This document shows positions 24,303 through 32,616 of a DNA stretch of 32,616 nucleotides, in pieces; within the stretch, counting starts at the first letter, position 1, and each line of letters starts with the position of its first letter. Source of the DNA: Welwitschia mirabilis (taxonomy: Eukaryota); NCBI GenBank assembly GCA_051453625.1, contig JBOZIK010000001.1:23530166-23562781 (forward strand). Reading direction: 5' to 3'. The notes under the pieces were generated by a model that did not search any database, had not been told where the DNA came from, and saw only the letters and a list, made by a program, of their open reading frames with translations. Both the position numbers and the translations under genes were made by a program.

Positions 24303-25594
24303 TATCATATTATGTGGTTTAATGTAACCATAAAAATATTGTACATATTATTTTTCATGTGTGCCTTAGTGTCAATTAGTTAAATAAGTTTGTTTTTCTA
24401 TGTTGTGTCAACATAGGTTTTAGGAAGTTCTGTGTTTTAGAAAAAGAAAAGGTATTTATCCCACATTCGTTTTATAAAAGCATGTAAATAGGCATAAATT
24501 AAAAAAAGAAAAAAAATCTTGATACCTCTTGAATAGATGAATAGAGTTATACCAAATTGAAGATTAATATTTAGTGTAATCCATTTNNNNNNNNNNTTTG
24601 GCTACATTTGTGCTTGATGCTTGATTTAATGCTTGAAAGATTAATAAATTCTATATTTCTACTTCAATAAGCTTCAATATCACTAGTTGTTTTAGTAACT
24701 TAAGTAAATTTATCTTGATCATATTCCATACTTCAATTACAAGTTTATTTGATGTTTAAGTACATTGAGATTTATTAAAGACCAGGTTATTTTGATGAAA
24801 TAAAAGTTTATATCATCAAATAAGAAATATTCAAATTCATACTTGTGAAATTTAGTCAATATTGATGATCTTTAAAGATTTCTCAAAGGATTTAATCATG
24901 TAAAGAGATTGTTATGTCATTTCATAAAACAAGAAAAGATNNNNNNNNNNNNNNNNNNNNNNNNNNNNNNNNNNNNNNNNNNNNNNNNNNNNNNNNNNNN
25001 NNNNNNNNNNNNNNNNNNNNNNNNNNNNNNNNNNNNNNNNATCATGTAAATAGATTGTTATGTCATTTCATAAAAAGAAGAAAAGATTTTTGTATCTGAT
25101 TAAAGATTAAAAAAATGATGTTTTTGAGGCTTTAAATTAACCTTTAAAGTGTTATATTTGTCTTAGATATGTTTCTAGATGAATTGGCCTTCAAATTTTG
25201 CCATTAGAACTTCATTTCAGTGTTTTTCAGACCCTATTTCAAAATTAACTTGCAGGATAGACGTCTTTTAAAAGATAGATGTTTGTGATCCATGTGATAG
25301 ATGTGTTTCATCCTTAAAGATGTCTTTACATAACTCAATTTTTAAGTCATTAAAAGAAGAGACATCTGCCAGTTTCAAAGACATCTTTGTAGAACAGATA
25401 TTTGATTATAGAGAATAGAACTTTTAGGATAGATGTATAACACATCAAAGACATCTTCTATCAACTATTTCAACTTAGGAAAGATGTATGATAGGTCAAA
25501 GACATCTATACATCTATAGACATCTTTCAACATTAAAGACATCTTTAACTCAAAGTAGCCTAAATCAATTAGACTCATTAGGCTTCTATTAACA
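24303..25594 (+). repeat. 3' LTR of the Copia element
   Basis: Colinear with 17952-20241, ends AACA followed by the TSD, and carries an AGACGTCT-derived array in its last 340 bp or so. Confidence 0.9.
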
Positions 25595-25599
25595 TCTCA

Positions 25600-28500
25600 T
25601 AATGGTTTTTTCTATAAGATCTTCTTCTTCACTCATCTTTTGGAAATGAAAAAACTAGCATCCTCATAAAGTTAGTTATCTTGAGTATAAAAGTCCTTCT
25701 AATCATGCCCTTCCAAAGGCTTCTTTACTTTCTCTTAGTTATTCTTAAAGTTTGGATCATAATGATACAATTTTAAAATGTGTAGTAAAGCAAAATCAGA
25801 TTTGCAAAATTTTAATATGAATAGTATTTAATTTAAGGCATTTGTAATTCTTTCATCTTTCCTTTCTTGTACTTAGTTATAAACTCTTGCAGCTTCTTTA
25901 ACCACTTTAGCTATTTTTCAATTATCTTAATTATGCATGTACCATAGTGCCTTGTGATTTTTATATAAAAAATTAGCTCTTTAAATAGTAAGTAATGCCT
26001 AAACCTCCTTAAGTCTTGCCAAATGGTATATAGATTCTTCTCATAGGTGAAGCACTTTTGCTTAATATTATTTAGCTTCATATTAAATAAGGTAATGGTT
26101 TTTTTCTTATTAAGAGAGAACTCCTTTAATTGGTTTATCACTTGCAACACACTCTAGTTGAAAGGTCTTATTAAAATTTGTAAGTACTAGGATAGATTCA
26201 ATGATAATGCTCTTCTTCAATTTCTAGAATACTTCATTTTTCTCCTTAATACACTCTAAGGCTTAATGGTAGCTAACATTAATTCACAAATCTTATTTAA
26301 ATCCATGTTAAACCTCTAATAAAAACTTGCCAGCTCCTAAAAACTATAAGCATACCTAACTAAAGTTATTATAGGTCAATTTAAAATAAACTTTACCTAG
26401 TTTTGATCCATTTTAACTCTGTATTTAGAGGTAATAATCCCAATGAACACTAACTCGAGTAAAGCAAGGTAGATGTTTTCATCATAATTACTCTTCCTTA
26501 AACCTTTGAAAAATCTATTTTAAATGCTCTCTATGGATTTTAATATTCTTATAGAATATTACAATATCATTTACAAATATAATAATATAATTTTTAAGGA
26601 AAGGCTTTAATACCTTTATCATTAATTTCATGAATGCACATAGAGAATTCATTAATTTAAATGGCATTACCAACTAGTCATAAAACCACTAGTCTTAGTA
26701 ATTATCTTTCATTCATCTCCCTCTTAGATACAGATATGATGGTATCCCCTCCCCAAGTCTATCTTATTAAAAATAGATGCACCCATTAAGAAATCCAAAA
26801 TATCATCCTTGTGAGATATAAAAAAATGAATACTTTATGTTTATCCTCTTGATAGATCTCGAATCAACATACATGTGAAACTACTTGTTGTCTTTGTTAG
26901 GAATTAGCACTATTGCAAAAGAACATGCAATAAATTTTATTTAATCAACTTCTTGTTTACAAATTCTTATACTTAACTATTTATCTCTTCTTTTTCATGT
27001 AATTACATTCTATATGATGCTTTATTTAAAAGTGAAAACTAGGAACGGAATCTGTTTGAAGGCTTATCATCTTAACAGGTTGTAAGCTAGAATTGAAATC
27101 ATCAATAAAAATTTCTATAAAAGTTCCAAATAAATTTTTACCTCCATTGGGAGCTTTGTTAACTATTGCTGCAAAGACACCTTCAATACCATAGTCATGC
27201 CACGTACATCCTTTTGTATTTTTTTTATCACCTCCTTTTTTTGTCCTCCCAAGAATCATATGCTTATTGTATTCTAGAACCTTCTTTGTCTTTGATTAAA
27301 TCTTAAATAACTTTCCATTCTTGTTAGTTATAATGTAATTATTTTTCTCTCCATTATGTATGTACTTACTATCATATTACCCTGGGTTACTAAATAATGA
27401 ATAAAAAGAATCCATAAAAATAATATCATAATGAACTTACTCATGAAAGTTGCCAATTTTAAAGTTAACTAGAATTATTTTAGAATTGTAACATGGTACT
27501 CCTTATATGATCAAGAGAGTTGATATGGCATTAGATGTAGCATGNNNNNNNNNNNNNNNNNNNNNNNNNNNNNNNNNNNNNNNNNNNNNNNNNNNNNNNN
27601 NNNNNNNNNNNNNNNNNNNNNNNNNNNNNNNNNNNNNNNNNNNNCTTTCCATTCTTGTTAGTTATAATGTAATTATTTTTCTCTCCATTATGTATGTACT
27701 TACTATCATATTGCCCTGGGTTACTAAATAATGAATAAAAAGAATCCACAAAAGTAATATCATAATGAACTTAATCATGAAAGTTGCCAATTTTAAAGTT
27801 AACTAGAATTATTTTAGAATTATAACATGGTACTCCTTATATGATCAAGAGAGTTGATATGGAATTAGATGTAGCANNNNNNNNNNNNNNNNNNNNNNNN
27901 NNNNNNNNNNNNNNNNNNNNNNNNNNNNNNNNNNNNNNNNNNNNNNNNNNNNNNNNNNNNNNNNNNNNNNNNNNNNGATCTTTAGGTTTAACATTTTTAC
28001 CATCTTATTAGAAATAAGTTGTTAGCGCTTCCATTATTAATGATTATCTTTCATACTGTGTTTTTGTTCTTGCATCTAGTTCTAAGTAGTTATCTCCTTT
28101 GTGTCAGCTTCTTAATAGTTTTTTAATCTTCCATAAGAGTTTTTCTAATAATAATGTTTTTTCCTTTTTCTTTGGAAATATTCTGTGGTTTCTTCTCCTC
28201 TGGCTTCTTCTTGTCTAACTCTTAGCTTGTCCTACCATACTTAAAGATGATAATTATATGTGTATCCTTCTTTCTTAATAGACACTCATAGGACTTGTGT
28301 TCTAGCTCATGATGTTTATGGTAAACTACCAAGAATATACCTCCTTTACCTCTTCTAATAAAGGCATCCCTTTTATCTTTATTTTTTCCTTTATCTTTAT
28401 TTTATAAGTTTTGATTTGTCTTTTATTATTATTGATAACCCTTTCTTTGTGATTTATTTTCTTTGAATCTTCCTATGTCAAATTTTTTTCTTTCATTGTA

Positions 28501-29100
28501 ACTTATTTACTACTCATAAGACTAAATGGTATGCTTCCTCCATGATTCTAAGAGTAATGAGAATAATCTCATATTAAATAGAAAAGCTTACATCAATTAT
28601 ATATCTAGTAACCTCTTCTATGCTAGAATCAATTTCCTATTTAGATGAAAATTTCATGAAAATCCTTTATGTATTATGTCATAGTCTTTTCTTCTTAGTA
28701 CAGTACCGATATCTTTCGTATCATCTCGACTTTTTATAAAAGAGGATTGAACTTATTCTAAAATTCCCTCCTTCATATAGTTTTAAGAGGTTAAAAGTCC
28801 TTAATCTTGATAAAACTTCTAAACATGCTTTTATCCACTCATTTTAATTCCTCATAAGAAGGTTGAAGCAATCTTATTTTCTTCAGCACTGTTCTCCATC
28901 TCAAAGTACTGCTTCATACCTTAGATCTAGCCTTAAATATTTTTTGCTTTTAAACTTCTTTCAAATGGTGTTGCACTTACTAGATTCTCCTATACCATCT
29001 TCATTATGGATTTTAAAAAGGGATTCTTTTCTTTCTTAATACTTAGATCTTCTTGCATAACATCCTCCTTTGAAACCTTCTTTACCATGATCATTCTTAT
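25600..29100 (-). pseudogene. gag-pol: CRM-type gag-pol pseudogene (gag, protease, RT, RNase H, start of integrase)
   Basis: Eroded knuckle YHKHHELEHKSYEC (about 28282-28323); protease RTRCK..KIIINNGS (about 28025); RT MYVDSRSIKRINIKY, FNKIDLGRGYHHI, FYD*LVMPFKLMN, FVND (26566-26577, the YFDD position), SF*ELASFY*RF; RNase H TYEKNLYTIWQDLRRFRHYLL. The right boundary is approximate. Confidence 0.92.
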
Positions 29101-29300
29101 TTCTGCTTCTCATCTAAAGTTAGCTTCATATGCTTGGGAACACCCAACTTCATCACAATGTCTCTATCATCCTCTAGATATCTTTCAATACTAATTTGGT
29201 CCTTGTAAGGTACTTCTATAAATGGATAAATATTGGCTTTTTTGGTGGCATTCCCACTAAAACCAAAAATAAAAACCAACTCTATACAAATCCAAATCTC

Positions 29301-29312
29301 ACTCTGATAGTA
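29301..29312 (-). promoter_or_regulatory. Degenerate PBS (tRNA-iMet) of the CRM element
   Basis: ACTCTGATAGTA versus GCTCTGATACCA, 2 nt from the LTR terminus TGATG at 29315. Confidence 0.65.
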
Positions 29313-29314
29313 GA

Positions 29315-29884
29315 TGATGTACAACTAATGGAACAAAAACTAAAGATTACTTTTAGAATTGTGTAGTCAGTGAGGAATAGAAAAGAAAGAAGAAATATAA
29401 AGGAAAAATAAAGTATTTAAAGTAATGGAAAAATTTCTTTATATTAATGATACAGAAAATATAGGCTTATAGACTAAACTCACACTTAATACAGCTTTTA
29501 TTAGTTCTCCTTAATAATGGCATTTAAATCCTAATCCTAGCTTCTGTCACTTTAATGTCCCATTAAGTCTATCACTCTTCTCTATTTATAAGGCTTTCAT
29601 AGAAATATTAATCATCAAGGAATCATTTAACACTTACACATTTTATCATAAGTAGCTTCTAAATATAGCATATTTGTTACACCAAGTTTTCCTTAAACAT
29701 AACATATTTTTCACACCTAAATTCTATTTAAACATGCTAAATTAAATAGCTATCATTTTTAGTGTGAAAATTATAGATAATGAGTTTTATTTTCTATATA
29801 ACCACCTTAACACCTTAGCAAACAGACCCCTAGCTAATGTAAACACATTTTTTATTTTTATTTCACAAGGATGCTCTTACATCA
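29315..29884 (-). repeat. 5' LTR of the CRM element (570 bp)
   Basis: Perfect 7-bp terminal inverted repeat TGATGTA...TACATCA (TGATG/CATCA is the CRM hallmark) and a minus-strand TATAAATAG near 29582-29590. Confidence 0.75.
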
Positions 29885-30004
29885 AAATGATTTAATGAAA
29901 ATAAGGATCTATAAACATGAATATAGTTTAATTATAATAAAATATATTTAAATATTATTAATAATAAAAGAGGATTCCACAAGAATGGATGTTACATTTC
30001 ACGC

Positions 30005-30075
30005 TCACATACATATGCATGCATGCATAGAATTCACACACATGCATCTATACACAAACATGTACACAGATGTAT
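30005..30075. repeat. Degenerate CA/CATG purine-pyrimidine microsatellite
   Basis: CACATACATATGCATGCATGCATAGAATTCACACACATGCATCTATACACAAACATGTACACAGATGTA seen directly. Confidence 0.65.
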
Positions 30076-30304
30076 GGATCTTTGAATCATAACTTCTCAT
30101 CTCTTCCTTAAGCTCTTACATGTCTTCTTTCTTATTCTAATTACTCTAGTGGACTTTGATTTATAGAATCTTCTAGTTCCATAATACCTTTATGTTGGAG
30201 TGCATATTGTGTGCTTTTCTTTTTCAATTAATCATCTTTAATAATAACCTATAACCCTAGTATTTAATTCACATAACACACACTAATATAGGGAGTCAAT
30301 CTAA

Positions 30305-32100
30305 TGTCATACTCTAGAGAGGAATTATAAAGTACATCTAGAAAATTACTTCAATCAAAAAGGAATTGAAATAATTTTTACTTTAATTTTAGAATGATAA
30401 ATAAATGAAAATGCAATGATAAATGAAATGCAATGAATGAACACAAAGATGAGATGCAAGCCTAAATGCAAATACTAACCAATTTTACCACCTTGTTATC
30501 ATCCAAGTTAACCTTCATACACTATATCAAAATAATAATTAACATTTATATAGTTACTTATTTTAACATAACCTATAAAAAACATAAGAGAGAAATTAGA
30601 AAAATAAAATGATATTATATTAATCACAATGTTCCTATATCAATGTAGCAGTAGTTACTTCTCAATGAATAAAACATAACCCAATACAAAGGTAAGATCC
30701 TCTACTAAGTTAGATGAATCTCTTACTCAATTAAACTCTAATTTATCATAAGAATAATTGATGAATGAAAGATCCAAACTGAGAGACCTAAGGGGGATAT
30801 TTATAGTTTTGGATTAATAGTTAAGATTGTCAATGAGTAGTAACAAACTAGGACTAATCATATCATTAATTTCATGATCAATGAAATATTTTTTACATTC
30901 ATTAGAGATGTCCTACTGAGTGTTGTCCAGACAATCAAGTGGATGACATGTGATCTTCTTTTCTAATAGTTGTCTATCCTTCATGTGCCTTCTTAGTGAA
31001 ACAATTAAGTATCATCTGTTTGGTATTATTTGGATGACTAGGAAAATGAATATTAGTGTAAAATTAACATTNNNNNNNNNNNNNNNNNNNNNNNNNNNNN
31101 NNNNNNNNNNNNNNNNNNNNNNNNNNNNNNNNNNNNNNNNNNNNNNNNNNNNNNNNNNNNNNNNNNNNNNNAGACTGAGAGACCTAAGGGGGGTATTTAT
31201 AGTTTTGGATTAAGAGTTAAGATTGTCAAGGAGTAGTAACAAACTAGAACTAATCATATCATTAATTTCATGACCAATGAAATATGTTTTACATTCATTA
31301 GAGATGTCCTACTGAGTGTTGTCCAAACAATTAAGTGGATGACATGTGATCTTCTTTTCTAATAGTTACCTATCCTTCATGTGCCTTCTTAGTAAAACAA
31401 TTAAGTGTCACCCGTTTGGTATTGTTTGGATGACTAGGCAAATGACTATTAGTGTAAAATTAACATTTCTATTTCTTTTCTTCCTAGTAGTCATTTTGGG
31501 ATGTCGCCTAAACAACCAGACAGATGATATTTCTTTTTAAACCTTTTCTAGTGTGATGGTAATAACTAGATTTTCTCTTGGTTTCTATAGTTTTCTTTTG
31601 CTATAATTGGTTTAATTCATCCTCCATAAGTACATTAACTAAGATGAGGTGTCCTAAATTTGATTATGGCTTCTACATTTATTGAAACATTTCAATATCT
31701 TACAAAGTACTTGAATTTGATGGTATACTTTATCATAATTTAGAGCCATTTTCAAAATATGATTTTGCTTTATAAATGATTGTCATCCAGATGACCAGAT
31801 AAATGAATATCAATAAAATAATGATCTTTTTATTTAGCTATTATATTTGTCATCTTCTAAGTGTTGTCCAGATGACAGGATGGATGATACTCTTTTTTCA
31901 TTTGGTCCTTTTAATCATTACTTCTCATCTAAATTAGACCCATGATGCTCTTGATAGATTAAAAAGTTTAAAATCTATTAGGAAAAGTCCATAATATCAT
32001 AAATTGATGCTTCATGTGATTATCTTGATAGATCTTCAAATTCTTCTTGATTTGATTAGAAACTTATCAAATATACTTGTAATCACACTCCAATAACATT
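30305..32100 (-). mobile_element. Sirevirus-like LTR (solo or 3' LTR), boundaries approximate
   Basis: Minus strand ends TTCCTCTCTAGAGTATGACA (C-rich end signal plus CA), has the TATA box CTATAAATACCCC near 31190-31202, and an upstream array of GTCGTCCGGACGAC-derived palindromes. No PBS or matching TSD found. Confidence 0.5.
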
Positions 32101-32616
32101 GTCAAATAGGCCAAATTAGCCTTGCAATACTTTAGCTTTCTCTTTAAGATATCTAGTCATTCTTTCTAAATGATACTTTCTATTAGGATTTTATTTTTAC
32201 CAATTGATGTTAAACTAATATGATTATGTAGAATTAAAAGTGATTTTTTAGGTGCAANNNNNNNNNNNNNNNNNNNNNNNNNNNNNNNNNNNNNNNNNNN
32301 NNNNNNNNNNNNNNNNNNNNNNNNNNNNNNNNNNNNNNNNNNNNNNNNNNNNNNNNNGATTTTATTTTTACCAATTAATGTTAAACTAATATGATTATGT
32401 AGAATTAAAAGTGATTTTACAGGTGCAAGAAATTACCAGATCAATATCCAAGAGATAGCAATATTTGGACATGTTCTGATTAAAGTAACTTAAGTTTCTA
32501 TTCATGAACTTAATGTAAGATCCAATCAAACTTGGAAATATGCATTTTAGACTATTTCGTATGGGGTCGACACTATTTTTAAGGGGTCAATCGGATATGA
32601 ACATGCATTTTTCAAT

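Larger units (their letters stand above)
17952..25594 (+). mobile_element. Ty1/Copia LTR retrotransposon with both LTRs and TSD, degenerate
   Basis: LTR pair 17952-20241 and 24303-25594; TSD TCTTA (17947-17951) / TCTCA (25595-25599); PBS-like site; gag-PR-INT-RT-RH order; purine tract AAAGAAGG before the 3' LTR. Confidence 0.92.
17518..29884 (-). mobile_element. CRM-type chromovirus (Ty3/Gypsy), degenerate, interrupted by the Copia element
   Basis: 5' LTR with TGATG/CATCA termini, PBS-Met-like site, then gag-PR-RT-RH-INT order on the minus strand. The integrase continues on the far side of the Copia insertion. The 3' LTR is not securely identified and is excluded from these coordinates. Confidence 0.8.

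Noticed and set aside
29006..29324. Short ORFs near the CRM 5' end as independent genes
   Set aside because: They fall in the leader or degenerate gag start of the CRM element and show no recognisable motifs.
30300..32130. TSD for the right-hand LTR
   Set aside because: The left 5-mer TCTAA does not match the 5-mers after any candidate CA end (32098, 32104, 32126), so solo-LTR status cannot be claimed.

Overview
This is very AT-rich, CpG-depleted plant nuclear DNA from a gappy draft assembly. I find no intact host gene, RNA gene, CRISPR array or prokaryotic system. Most of the window is ancient, nested, pseudogenised LTR retrotransposons. (1) A minus-strand Sirevirus-like Ty1/Copia 5' end (gag, PBS-Met, LTR), whose LTR appears split by (2) an 11.7-kb minus-strand Athila-type Ty3/Gypsy with gag, protease and env-like remnants but no RT/RNase H core, and also by a probable tRNA-derived SINE. 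(3) An unexplained 14-16.5 kb stretch holding a 58-bp tandem repeat and a possible RPA1-like OB-fold relic. (4) A minus-strand CRM-type chromovirus whose integrase is interrupted by (5) a two-LTR Ty1/Copia element at 17952-25594 (TSD TCTTA/TCTCA) lacking its RT core. (6) A further Sirevirus-like LTR at about 30.3-32.1 kb. Four different LTR families each carry their own array of CpG-containing palindromes, eroded almost entirely by transitions. Many N gaps are flanked by near-duplicate sequence, probably an assembly artefact. All protein calls come from manual translation across stops and frameshifts, compared with family consensus from memory; no searches were run. I cannot support a clearly novel biological system here. 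The best leads are the RPA-like relic, the palindrome arrays and the in-frame RT deletion.
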